Shown here: positions 12,621-24,824 of the stretch, piece by piece
Numbering within the stretch: the first letter of the stretch is position 1
How the letters are laid out: the number at the start of each line of letters is the position of its first letter
Assembly (NCBI GenBank): GCA_043228905.1
Contig: JBHGNT010000014.1
Coordinates: 8,990,001 to 9,054,000 of the forward strand
Source of the DNA: Azolla caroliniana
Lineage: Eukaryota > Plantae > Polypodiophyta
DNA length: 64,000 nucleotides
Direction of reading: 5' to 3'
Notes under the pieces: generated by a model
Databases searched by the model: none
Told to the model about the DNA's origin: nothing
The model's input: only the letters and a program-made list of their open reading frames with translations
Position numbers and translations under genes: made by a program

Positions 12621-13258
12621 GAGGTCGTTGCCTCTGTTGTAATCGCCGCCTGTGGCGAAGATAGAAAGCTCGAGGTCGTTGCCTCGGTGCTTTACTGTTG
12701 TACACTGTAACATAGTGATAGTTTGCAGCCTGTGGGCTGCCGTGGTTTTTCCCTAGTTTGGGTTTTCCACGTAAACATCCTGTGTACTCTTCTCTTCACT
12801 GTGTCATGCATTCTTACCTGTTTTTTTGTGTTTGATTTTAGACTCGGTTGGGGCCGAGCGTCATTCATCGGAGCGTGTAGTTCCTGTCACTTATTTGGGG
12901 GGTATCATACTGTAATATTTGAGTCGTTGGCTTTATTGGATTGGCCTAATGTGTGTCATTGGGTGCCCCACACATGATTAGTTAGATAGATGTCATTACA
13001 TGGCCTAGGTCCTATAAATAGGGGATACTCTCCTTAGTCAGGGGAGCCCCATGAGTGGTTCCAACGAAGCTCTCTTTGATGAGGACTAGTCACTTACCAA
13101 GGTACTGATGTGGAGATCTTGGCTGGTATGGGACCGATAAGGATTCCTCGTGTGCGTTGTCGATTGTGGCGCGGGGGCAGATGGGTGGTAATGCGTATTT
13201 ATAGTATTATTGTGTCACTTGTGTCTTCATTTTAGGATTAATGATCTTGGTTATTACA

Positions 13259-14006
13259 CACACACTCTCTCTCCATGCACACACACAGTTCTTCCGCTAC
13301 ATAGAAACCATCCAATTCGTTACATGGTATCAGAATGCGTGGTAGCTTGATCCAACCACATCGCTGTTACGTGTGTTGTGACCAAGCCCATGATTGGAAA
13401 GAACCGGTTGATCGCTGTAACAACAATCTGCACAGTTCGTATCAAAGAGAAGAAGAAGAAGAGGTTCAACAATGAACACTCAGATGGGAAGCACTCTTCC
13501 TACCTAGAAGCTCGACAAAAATAACTTTGCACCTTGTCGGCCAAGGCTAGTGAAGTTATATCAACGGAAAACAAGAATCGCAACCCAACCCAACACATGC
13601 CGACTACCCAGCTTGGGAGCAAGTGGCAAGTCGTGTGTTGTACTACCTTGCATCATGCGTCCATGATCATATGGTCGGCTACATCCGAGAGGCCAAAACA
13701 CCAGAGGAGGCGTGCGGAAACCTCAAGAAGATTTTTGTGGCCAACAGGACCGCAAGAAAGCTTTAACTCCGTCAAGAGCTGAACGACATACAACATAGGG
13801 ACATGTCAATCGGAAGCTACACCTTGATGATCAAGGAGATATGCAATGCCCTTGGGTCGATCAATGTTAGCATTGACGACGATGAAATGGTGTAGATTTG
13901 CATCGGAGGCTTAGCACCTCGCTTCAGAGCCATTCGATCGGCATTCCTCGCGAGGGAGAGTCCTCCCTCCTTCGATCTCCAGTTGATGTTGCTAGTTGAG
14001 GATAAT
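13259..14006 (+). mobile_element. Old Ty1/Copia 5' fragment (LTR end, PBS, decayed gag); probably resumes at ~38370
   Basis: ...TTACA then TGGTATCAGA at 13325; gag remnant MNTQMGSTLPT*KLDKNNFA ... LQLMLLVEDN. Confidence 0.8.
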
Positions 14007-14973
14007 TGTTAATAAATAGGTAATTAACTAGGGTTAATTAGGGTCTAATTATGTGAGTATTGATAAAGCAACGAAAGATTATGTGATTTGTGTGTGAGAG
14101 GAAGAGAGAGAGGAAGATACACTTATGAACAAAAATATAAATGGGGGGTGATTACCAAGATGGTAGCTAATGATCTTTCTCTATATTAATAAGCATCAAA
14201 ATACAATGATAACCTATATACAGCTCATGTGCAAAGGTGCACATGTGTGAGGAGAATATAGGTACAAAGGTGTAAGTCCTATATTAAATGAGCATGTGAG
14301 TGGAGTACAAAATTCTATTTAAGGCTTTAAAGTCGAAACTAAGTCGAGATTGATATCTCAACACGCCCCCTCAAGCTCAAGTGTGAGGCGTCTGATGTTC
14401 AGTTTGGCTTTTGGCTTCGTCGGCTTCGTTCAACTTTCAATGTTGGCATATGTTTGGCTTTCGGTTTTCTTCGGGCTTTTTGTTGTACGTGGGCTGGACA
14501 AGCCACTAACACAGGGTGTCCCAATGGAACACTTTACCAAAGGGGTGGTACGGTAAGGAATGTGCAGACCGTAATACAGAACCGATCCTTCTCGGTTACT
14601 ATCCGGAATGATTAACTTGATACATGCGTATGATAATCACATTAAGCACAGAACGACATTAACAAGATAAACAGTACGTAAAGCCACAAAACTTCTTTAT
14701 TAATTATCCGTTGTTAATTACATCGTCTTTGGATCCTTTTATAGGTATCCGACTATATTACAAATAGGTGCCAACCGGCAACTGGCTACGAACCGGTCCA
14801 GATCCGGATAGGCATGCCGATTCCGGGTTCGTCCGTCTGATCTTATAATTATCATAATTTATCTAATTACAACTCCCATAAACCAGCCCCCCGTTCATAC
14901 TCTGGCCTAACCGGCCAACACATGGCATGCCTATGAGACAGTACATTGTACGTCGAACCCACGGTTAGCCCCT

Positions 14974-17632
14974 TCATTCATCGTCCAAAATGTCTAGAAT
15001 GCTCTGGTCTAGGGGTTCCAACGGTTTATCGGGTAGTTGCTCCATCGACTGTTGCTATTGTTCCTCCGGTTGTAGTAGTAGTTGTTGTTGTTGGTCTCCA
15101 GCCTGCTCTACCTCTCTAGCTCTATCCGTTTCCGGCTCTACTAGTCTCGGTGCTTCTGGGTCCGGGTCCTCCGTCCTTGGGTCCTCCTGCTGCTGCATTG
15201 GGGATTTATCTAGTTCATCTGGTTGACTTCTTCTAGCTATTCTACTCGGGCTTCATTTGGCTGGCCTCCTCTGGTCCTGGCTACATTTGGTGGCTACTCT
15301 GGAGATTGCTCTCCGTCACTGATCTTAATTGCCGCTGACATTTGGAATGCTATTTGCCATCTTCGCTCCCGTTCGTATCGCTCGAAGTGGAGTTGAGTGC
15401 CAAGTTGGTCATCATTTAGTTGTTCTACCAGCCACCTTACAACCGCCAATTGTTCCCTTGCCAGGGACAAGAAATCATCTGACAACTCCTCCCGGATAGT
15501 TACAATGGTCTCCACATCCATATTGTAGAAGTTTTCACCGTCCTTTCTCTGGTTTTCCTCATCCGCTTGTAGCTTCTGTAATTCCGTTGCCTGTTGTGCC
15601 CATTTTGACCACCATTGCACTGAGCTTTCACCAATCATACTCTTTGTCCTTTCTTTCCATGCTAGCACAATGACGAGGATCCGGCTGAGCCCCATCTTTT
15701 AACTTCATTATCAGGCCCGCGGTGGCTTGTGTTTGCCCCTCGTATTCCAAGAATTGAGTTTGATAAGTTGTCTGAACTCTATTCAACGCCATGTTTGCTT
15801 GTTCCGTCTCCTCATAATGTTGCCGTGTGAGCTCCATTTGGTCCCTTGTCGGTTCTTCTAGTGCCTTTGCCATGTCGACCGCCTTGGTCCGTTCTTCCAC
15901 CAATGCCTTCGTCGCCCTATTGACCTCATTCCGGAGTTCCCCTAGCTTTTCTTGCTGCCGGTCACATTCCGTCATCAACTTCTTGTGCTCTACTTCCAAG
16001 TGTTTGTGATCCCGGTGTAATCTTTCAATGTCCTCGGTCTTCTAAGTTAGCTTTTGGTTTATTTGGCGTCGGGCGCGGTCTTCCCTGTCTTGTTGCTGCC
16101 AGAGTTCTTCTTTGAGCCGCTCAATTTCAGTTACCACTGATCGCCGGAGCTTATCCTTCTCTTGTAGCAGCTTCTCCTTTTCTTCCTTCAACCGGTCATA
16201 ATTGGCAGCTTTTCCGAAGGTTTTCTTCAATTCTTCAATTCTCCTCCGCTACCTTCTTCTGCTAGTTCTTGCTCCTGTGTAATACTTGTGTCCGGTGCTG
16301 TAGGAGCTACCGCGCGTCTTCTTTGGCCTTCTCAACTTCTTCCTCCATGCTCCGGATCCTTGACCGGGCCTTCATGAGTTCTTCGATTCTGGCGAACAAC
16401 CGATCCCGTTGTGCTCTTTATTCCGCTTCAATTTGGCTTACAACCCCGGCCACCTGCTCTCCAATCCATCGCAGTCATTGACTGTCGATGCCTTGTTGCC
16501 TTGCCGGTTGCGGTTGCGGTGTTGGCTCTGCTCTCGCCACACACCCTTGTTGTATTGTTCTCTCTAGTGGCAACTCCTTCTCTTGTTGTGCCTGTCGACC
16601 CGGTGAGATTGGTACTTCTATTACCGTTACTGGCCGAACAGGCTCAATTTCCTTCGTTGGCTCTGGTCCCTTAGAGTGGGGTGTCGGTGTGCTGTCCTTT
16701 ACCGAACCCAATTCGTCCCCCTTCTACTCCGCGTCGCTTCTTTTCCGGCGACGGAGGAGAGTGTCGATGGGTTCTTCCTCTGCCTCCTCCTCTTGGGTGC
16801 CCATGTTTATCTCTTGAGCCAAGTTAGGCGGCTCTTGCTCTTGCTGGCGCAATTTGATTTTAAGAGGCCAAACCGGTTGCTCTATTGGTGCCTCTGTCTC
16901 CGCTTGCCGCTTCCAACTAGGTTGCTCCTTTTCGTACTGTGATGAACCTCCCTTTGTCCAACCGGGAGTGTGCTTGGCAATGAGTTGTTGCCGCTTCGAG
17001 GGCTTCTTTGGTGTCGTATCGGCCGTTCAGCCCCCCGTCTTTGCCTTTAATGTCAGCACCGGTAGTACCAAGAGAGTGAGCCATTGAGCCACTGTTGTCC
17101 ACACCTTCTTACCGTCTACCACCGATTGTATGGCCGCTTGCAAACAATCAGCGATGATTAATGGCCAATCCACCTTTACCCCTTCGTATGTGGCGATGAT
17201 GAATCCGGCTTTGTTCTTTGGCATTGTCGGGGGCCAGGGGTGCACGAATCCATACTCGTGGAGCACACGAGCTACTCCTCGGAACAAGGCATCGTCACCG
17301 CCCTGTGTCCGGTGCACTTTCCTGGACAGGGAGTACTCCCCGAAGAACATCAACGTCTCTAGGGAAGGATTCTCAATGGAATCGATCCCTCCCTCTGGCA
17401 ATCTGATTAAGGCACAGATGGCCTCCTCCATGACTACTTCTAGGTCAATCTTCTTCACGACTTTTTCCGCTTCTTCGTGCGGAGGTGCCTCTGCTATCCG
17501 TAGGAAGCCCTCCAAGACATGTTGAGTGAACCATTTCTTGGCAGTCTCGGAAAGCGCCATGGGCTCCAACGTGCCCTCCGTTGCGGTGTGGTGGGGAGCT
17601 TTGGTGTGCCTGTGGTAGCTTCTGGTATTCAC
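14974..17632 (-). pseudogene. Extra sense-strand ORF of the Gypsy element (env-position ORF; globular N-terminus, long coiled coil, Q/E/P-rich tail)
   Basis: Collinear ORF pieces 17632-17027, 16711-16475, 16230-16042, 15999-15628 and 15695-15294, ending ILDILDDE* at 14974; E/K/Q/R-rich heptad-like sequence. Confidence 0.75.
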
Positions 17633-17844
17633 CTAATCACCTGTATCCGCCTCTATGTGCTAAGTGCTCTGTGTTCACGAAATGAGAGAGACTCTGTTAT
17701 GCGGAGGTTTTGTATTCCCATCCTTGCCACCTTTTCTCGATTCCCGCGCATGCACGTCGTGTGCTTTAATAGTGGTTGTGTGACGCATGGTGTGCTTTAA
17801 ATGGATGGCGTCACACCGTTTCGAGGTGTCCGTTCATTTTCGTG

Positions 17845-20800
17845 CCCACAGTGTACTCTGCAGCTTCGTGTCCCAGTCGATGCGGTTTTCATTTACTATT
17901 TTCCGGAGGATGTTTTGCAACGTCTTGTTGGTGGATTCGGCCAATCCGTTGGCTTGCATATATTAAGGTGTACTCCACTTGTGTACGACCGCATAAAACA
18001 TCATCAAGCTCTCTACTACTTGACCGAGGAAATGTCCTCCTTGATCACTGATTAGTTCTATCGGGCATCCATACTGGCACCAAATGTACTCGTATAAAAA
18101 CTTGGTCGTTGAGGATGCGGTATTATCCCGGAGTGCCTTTGCTTCCACCCATTTGGTGCAGTAGTCTATTGCTTCAATGATACACTGGTTCCCGGTCCGC
18201 ATTGCCGGAGGTTTGAAAGGTCCAACGAATTCCAATCCCCATTTTTGAAATGGCTCCAATGGTAACATTGGTTGGTGTGGAATCCTTGCTTGTTTTGTTG
18301 TTTGGCCCATCCATTGACATAAGTTGCATTTCATTGCTTACCGAATCGAGTCCTTCAGTGTTGTAGGCCACCACAATCCACTTCGCCATATCTTCCTTGT
18401 CATTGCGTCTCCAGCATAATGCCCTCCGGCATATCCAAAGTGAGCTTCCCATAAAATTGTCTCCTTTTCGTCACTCCAAACTGCTCTTCACCATATACCG
18501 GCTTTCATCACTCCGAACCGCTCTTTCGTTCTTCCCGGTTCAGTTCTTCCGGGGGCAATCCGGTACTTAAAAACTGATGCATATTCGTCAGCCATTTGTC
18601 CTCCTCGAACACTGTCCCATCCACCATATTCTTCGTTGTTACCGTAAACAGTGGCGTATCCGGATTCTAACCGGCTCAAGTAATCCGCTACCGCATGTTG
18701 TACTCCTGGTCAGTGGTAAATCTCGAATTCAAACTCCTGTACAAGCAACGTCCATCGTGCTAGTTTGCCGGTTAGCAATGCCTTGGAGACCAAGTACAGT
18801 AATGCCGAATGATCCATGTGGAATGAGAATTTCCGTCCCAGCAAGTAGTGACGGAACTTTGTTACATTGTATACCATTCCCAAGGCTTCTATTTCCGTTG
18901 TTGAATAATTTTGTTCTACCTGGGAGAGCTTCCGACTGGCGTAGTAAACGACCAGTACCACTTTGGTTCGGTGAGCTGCATAAGAACACTATCGATAGCA
19001 ATATCAGATGCGTCCACGACCACATGAAATTCCTTCGACCAATTCGGGGGTTGTATGACTGGTGCCTGGGACAACATTATTTTGAGCGCATGGTATGCCT
19101 TATCCTCCAGTTCTGTCCATTGGAAAGGTGTCCGGTGTAGAACTGTGTGAAGTGGTGTTGCAAGATCGGCCAAATATCGGAGCATCCGGCTGTGCCACTG
19201 GATTTGCCCTAAAAACCGGCTCAAAGCTTTGGGGGTTGTCGGTGCCAGTGCTTCCAAAATGGCTTTAACTTTATCCGGGTCCACCGCAATCACATCCTTA
19301 CTCACAATATGGCCTAGTAGTGTGCCGTTGGTTACCCCGAATACGCATTTTGCCGGGTTCACACTTAGTCGGTAACCTGTGCATTTCTCCAGGCATAACT
19401 GGAGATGGTCAAGATGTTCTCCTTTCCTGCTGTACACCGCAAAGTCATCTAAGAACACATGCATAAACGTTGGGATAAATTCCCCGAAAATTTCCATGAC
19501 GATTCATTGGAACATTGCCGGTGTCGTCTTCAATCCGAACATCATCACGACTACTACAAAGACTCCCCATTCGGTGACGAATGTTGTTTTCTCCTGATCG
19601 TCCATGTGCATCCTGATTTGGTTATACCCGTTGAATCCGTCGAGGAAGCTATACATCTCGTGGCTTGCTACCGCGTCCAAGACTCCATCCGTGAATGGGA
19701 GTGGAAATGCATTGGTAACAATGGCAACATTCAATTTTCGGTGATCCATACACACCCGGATCTTTCCGTTCTTCTTCGGTACCACCACAATTGGGCTTAG
19801 CCAGGTCGCTTTCTTCACCAGCCGGATGAACCCAACTCGCGACAACTTGTCGATCTCCTCTTTTACTTTAGCCGTGTAATTCGGATTCATCGGGTAACGT
19901 CTCTACGCTACCGGTTTCGCATCCTTGCTTAAATGAATCTGGTGCTGATATAATTGCGGGTCCAGTCCCCGCATGTCTTGATATGACCACGCAAATACAC
20001 CCCGTAATTCTTTTAATAATGTGACCATTGCTGATTTCTCCTCCGGTGGCATTTCTTTGGCCACATGCACCGGTCTTGTTTCTTCGTCAGTTCCCAAATT
20101 CACTTCTTCCAATTGTGATGCTTGCACATGTTGTGATACCACCATCTCCTGCTCTAGGGCCTCTTGTGCTTGTCACAGTTCCTGGATCGGGTCCCTATCC
20201 GGCTCCTCACCGGCATCCTCCGGTTGCACAATATATGGGGACACCGGCTCTGCCACATCCACTTCGAACAGAGGGGCTATCCTTGGGTTTTCATGAAGGT
20301 AGCGATCTACCTCCTCATCGGCAAGCCCTTCTAGCATGTTCACGCTTTCGGCATATAATGGTGTTACTTCCTTGCCTGGGCCCACTTGAGCCTGCGTGGG
20401 TACTCTTACCTTAGTTTTCCCCCTTCGGAACGTAATGTTGTTCTTCTGCCAGTTTTGTTTGATGTGGGCGGTCCGTAACCATGGTTGTCCTAGCAACAGT
20501 GGGTATGCTCCCTGCGCGTTCAACTGGAGGACGACGACAGAAATTCGAAAGGCATGGCCTCTGATTCTCACCTCCAAATCCCGGATCAATCTGGCCGGTC
20601 GTACTGAGCTGGTGTCCACCATCCGGAGCCAGAACGGGCATGGTTCCCATTCTTGGATTCCAAGAGTGTTGCATGTTCAAAGGCTTATTACGTTTACTCT
20701 CGATCCGCCATTGACGATCGTCCCCGATACTTCCCGTCCTTTGATAATGGTGTTGATTGCAGGACTGTTGGTATCCACCACTGTCGGCCCTTCCTCCGGA

Positions 20801-22647
20801 TTTGAAAAGAACGCCGGAGCCGGTGTGGGGCTTGGTGGGGTCCATGCCGATTTTAAACCATCGGTGAGTCGGGGTACCAATTGGAGTAATTGACCCAGTG
20901 GTAGCATGATCTGACATTCCTGTAATGCCTGCCATGTGGGGTTCTCCTATTGGTTCTCTCTGTAGGTTCCTCCAATGCGTTCCTTTGGTCCTTCAGTTCA
21001 GTGACATTCCGTTCATTTGCCTTTTCAATCCATTCTGTAGCTTGTTTGTGGATAGCTTCCTGAGCCTCCCATGCAACCATCTTTCCCTTTGATCTAGTGG
21101 TGACTTGCTAGATGTCCGCCACTTCCACGACCACCATGTTGACTGCCGGTCGTTTTTCGTTACTCTTTACCGAACATTGGTTGCTATAGTGTCCCTCCTG
21201 GCGGCAACAATAGCAATACGCCTTCCATGTATTGCTAGACTCTGCTTTTTGCATGCTACCCAGTTGAAATCCAGATACTGCCCGGTTAGGCTCCTCTACT
21301 CTTCTTTGTTCCATTTTAGTGCTAGTTATGCTTCTATCTGGCTCTCGTTGGTAATCCTTTACCGGTTCTCGACGATCCTCTTTTATTATAGCATCGGTTG
21401 TTCCGGTATCCTTGCCGGCGCCGGTCTTCATAGTCTCCCCCGTTGATACTCTCTTCTTCGATTATAGCCGGGGGAGTAATCTCAATTATATCGATCATCG
21501 TTATAGTCACGGCTTCTCTTGCTTCGATGCTGGTCATAATCGTCCCGTCGGTCACTGTATCAGACGTCTTGTACCGGCCGGTAGTGATCATCTCGCCGAA
21601 ATCATTCTTCTTCGTCTTCCCGGTCCTTCCGGGTCTCGATGTGCCGGACTGGTGCAACTTGCCGATTCAGCACGTTGTACTCGCAACGGTCCATTGCGTG
21701 TGACCGGCAATGGCATAGCATGCGCTCTATTGTTGAGTGCCCGGGGTTAAGGCACGTTGTGCATTGAACCGCCTGGCGAAAGCGTAGGTCCTATTCGGTA
21801 GGGAGTGTTCTTTGGAGTGCTCCCATCATCAACCACAAACTAGTTTTGTCCATTTCCATGACCTGGTCTATTGTGCTAGTCCGAAAATCTATGACCGCAC
21901 ACACGGTTCGGAGAGGTTCGTGGAGCGCTGCCAAAAATATCGCTTTTGTTTCTACTTCTCGCGGTGCTCTGGTGAGTTGACTATGCATCATCTGGAACCT
22001 GATAACGAATTGTTGAATGCTTCGTTCAGTCATTGGAAGACATGATTCGCCTCCCATGTTTGGAGAAATGCATATACATGAGCTTCCGCGTCAAAGTCAT
22101 CTAGATACTTCGGATATTGGTAAGGCATTGTGTCGTCATCTTCTTGTGCTGCCGGGGCCGTGTAAGAACTCGCTCCACCTCTTCCATCGGTGATTCGGGT
22201 TGTGGTGTTAGAACTTGCTCCTCCTCTTGGTGGTTTTTGCTGGTCGTTTTGTCCGGAGCTTTCGACTCCAGTGTCGGTATTTGGTCCGAGTCGTCGTCTT
22301 CTAGGTCGTCTGGGGGTATCGTGGCTACTACGATAATTCGATTAGACATTGTATTCATCGTCCAAATCTGAGTCGATGGCGGAAAACACTTCCGAACCGT
22401 CGTTTCTTGCGGCAAGTGTCTGCAGAATGGACTTTGCTTCCTGCAAACTGCTTAAACTACTTCCTTCGTCTGGGTGGTGGTTCTGTTGCAATCGGAGTGA
22501 CTCCTCCACGACCCGCAAAATCACTCTGGAAAAAGACCGATCCGACCGGATCTCCTCAGCCGCCTTCTGGTAATCCTCCTGCTTCCGCAATCTCTCAGCG
22601 AGTCTTCTTGCTCGCTCGGCCACTGGGTCATTCGTCGGTCTATTCAT
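17845..22647 (-). pseudogene. Ty3/Gypsy gag-pol, disrupted
   Basis: Zinc knuckle CYCCRQEGHYSNQC; PR TIVNGGSRVN; RT WLSPIVVVPKKNGKIRVC and FMHVFLDDF; RH FHVVVDASD and NYSTTEIEAL; IN EPFQKWGLEFVG and ISDQGGHF; IN C-terminus missing. Confidence 0.92.
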
Positions 22648-22685
22648 CCATTCCCCCGCTGTTCACTACGCTTTTTGTAGGAATC

Positions 22686-22695
22686 GTGGTCGCCA
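22686..22695 (-). promoter_or_regulatory. Primer binding site, probably tRNA-Arg
   Basis: TGGCGACCAC 6 nt after the 5' LTR; complementary to the ..GTGGTCGCCA end of plant tRNA-Arg(UCG) as I recall it. Confidence 0.65.
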
Positions 22696-23333
22696 AAACT
22701 GTGTTGTACGTGGGCTGCAGAAGCCACTAACGCAGGGTTTCCCTTTGGAACACTTTACCAAAGGGGTGGTACGGTAAGGAATGTGCAGACCATAATATAG
22801 AACCGATCCTTCCCGGTTACTATCCGGAATGATTAACTTGATACACACGTATGATAATCACATTAAGCACAGAACAACATTAACAAGATAACCAGTACAT
22901 AAAACCACACCACTTCTCTATTAATTATCTGTTGTTAATTACATCGTCTCGGGATCCTTTTATAGGTATCCGGCTGTGTTACAAACCGGTGCCAACCTGC
23001 AACCGGCTACAAACCGGTCTAGATCCGGATTGGCATACCGATTCCGGGTTTGTCCATCTGATCTTATAATTATCATAATTTATCTAATTACAACTCCCAA
23101 AACCGGCTCCCCGTTCATACTCTTGCCTAACCGGCCAACACTTTCCAAGCCAGTTTCGGTTCCTCCCCATCAAGCCGGTGACGACTGCTTCCACCCATCG
23201 TGGGTCACGAGCCACTTTTGTAAAGCTCTCGGGCTCTTATTCGGCCACTACCTTTATCGCAAAGGCATAATGATGGGCCATATACTCATTGTAGCCGAGC
23301 CGAGTGATGGGGTTCTTTTCTCTAGATGAGCGT

Positions 23334-24824
23334 TGTCGCGAAAATACGACGAGGATACATGAACTTGAGGCAGGACCCCGGGGCCTCCAACCGGAAGATA
23401 TCAGATTCTTATGTTTATATTAAACAATTAATGGAAAATAAGAAAGATTGACAAATTTCATTAACAAATAGAAAAGAAAAATTACAATCAATCCCAAGAT
23501 TGGGATTACAAAAGTTTTATCTTAAGGAGATTACTAGAATAATAGATTAGAGGAAATAAGAGATTATGATTCTTGAGTGATATGGCTTTGATAAGGAATT
23601 TTGGATTTTGAGAGATATGGCTTCCATAAGGAAATTTTAGGGTTTATGGCTTCCGTAAGGAAATTAGGGTTTTTGAGTGTTATGGCTTCTGTAGGGAATT
23701 TAGGGTTTATGAGAGTTATGGCTTCCCTAAGATAAGGGAGTTGAGAAGGAAAAGAAAATTAATATGGAGAGAGTATGAGTGTAGGAAAAAAAAATGGAAT
23801 TTTATATGGAGTTCTCCCTTGATCATCTGCATGTCCACTTTTTGTTGCATGGCCTCTACTTTTAGTTGCTTAGCTTTTTCTTTTAGTTGCATCTATTTTT
23901 AGTTGCCTGGCTTTTTCTTTTAGTTGCATGCGACCGTCCACATGACCTTTACTTTTTGCATGCACTCCAACTTTAGTTGCTTGCGTCCACATGGCCTTTA
24001 CTTTAGTTCTCTTCACTTTACTTTAGCTTGTTGCATGATCCAATCTTCCGTCCGTCTGCGTCCAACCTCGTCCGGTAGCCGGTTCCACTCGATCGTCGAA
24101 TCCCTCGCCGGCCGGTTCCGGTTTGCTTGCTAGTTCCGGTTCCGATTTTAGTTGTCGGCCAGTTCCGGTTCCGATTTTAGTTGTCGGCCGGTTCCGGTTC
24201 CGGTTTTGCTTATCGATCGGTTTCTAGTTTTGCTTACCGGCCGGTTTCTAGATTTGCTTACCAGATGGTTTCCGGATTTGCTTACCGGCCGGTTTCCGGT
24301 TTTGCTTGTCGGCCAATTCCGGTTTTGCTTGCTGGCCGGTTCTGGTTCCGGTTTGCTTGCCGGTTCCGGTTCCGATTTTGTTTACCGGCCGGTTTCCGGA
24401 TTTACTTAGTGGCCGGTTTCCGGTTTGCATACCGACCAGTTTCCAATTAGCTTGTTGGCCGGTTCCGGTTTGGTTCCCATTATCGGCCGGTTCCATTTTA
24501 TTGCCAGCCGGTTTTGGGAACTTAGCTACATTCATCCTTCTAGACAAAGTGGCCAAAGTGCTCTTAACACAAATAAAAAATGAGGGAGCTTAAGGTGCTT
24601 ATATAGCCAGGGCCTTAAGTTTCCTATCTATGTGGGATAGTTCTAATTTCCCTATCTTCTTAAACTTCATTTTCACATAACTTGATATGTATTTCTCCAT
24701 TTTGTATATAGTAAAATATGTTTTGAAGCTCTTGAGTATATTCATCTTTCTATAGTAAGCTACTAATCTAATCTATAATAATTATTTCATTATTTTTAAA
24801 TAGTGTGTGAAGATTCACACGACA
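23334..24824 (-). mobile_element. Solo LTR related to family W
   Basis: TGTCG...CGACA termini; flanks GCGT/ACGT; minus-strand 3' end (..GCCTCAAGTTC..ATTTTCGCGACA) resembles the end of 497-1394; host frame is restored on excision. Confidence 0.8.
24100..24515. repeat. Degenerate ~20-25-bp CCGG-rich tandem array
   Basis: Repeated GGCCGGTT(T)CCGGTTTTGCTT-like units. Confidence 0.88.

Larger units (their letters stand above)
12134..12889 (+). mobile_element. Solo LTR (family B)
   Basis: TGTTGGGAG...CTGTCA with perfect TSD CTTAT (12129-12133 and 12890-12894). Homologous to 48343-49012 and 61239-61305, and related to the Copia LTR at 2431. Confidence 0.93.
11994..13258 (+). mobile_element. Chromovirus (Ty3/Gypsy) 3' remnant: chromodomain tail, PPT and 3' LTR (12104-13258, interrupted by a solo LTR)
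   Basis: KWKDRVEE/TTWETEETLRKHFPNFPLQECN* with one frameshift; purine tract GAAGGGGCGGAG; LTR termini TGTAAT...ATTACA. Confidence 0.7.
14481..23140 (-). mobile_element. Full-length, decayed non-chromovirus Ty3/Gypsy element with an extra 3' ORF
   Basis: LTRs 22702-23140 and 14481-14920 (~440 bp, about 9% divergent by manual count); TSD CTTTT/CTTTC; domain order gag-PR-RT-RH-IN. Confidence 0.93.

Noticed and set aside
14952-14963. CGTGGGTTCGAC on the minus strand, resembling a tRNA T-arm
   Set aside because: Only ~12 nt, with no cloverleaf or A-box around it.
17845-22647. Assigning the Gypsy element to Tat/Ogre because of the Arg-like PBS
   Set aside because: No additional archaeal-type RNase H is visible, so the lineage is left as unassigned non-chromovirus.
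24152-24593. Several overlapping ORFs of 85-102 aa
   Set aside because: Artefacts of translating a stop-poor CCGG tandem array.
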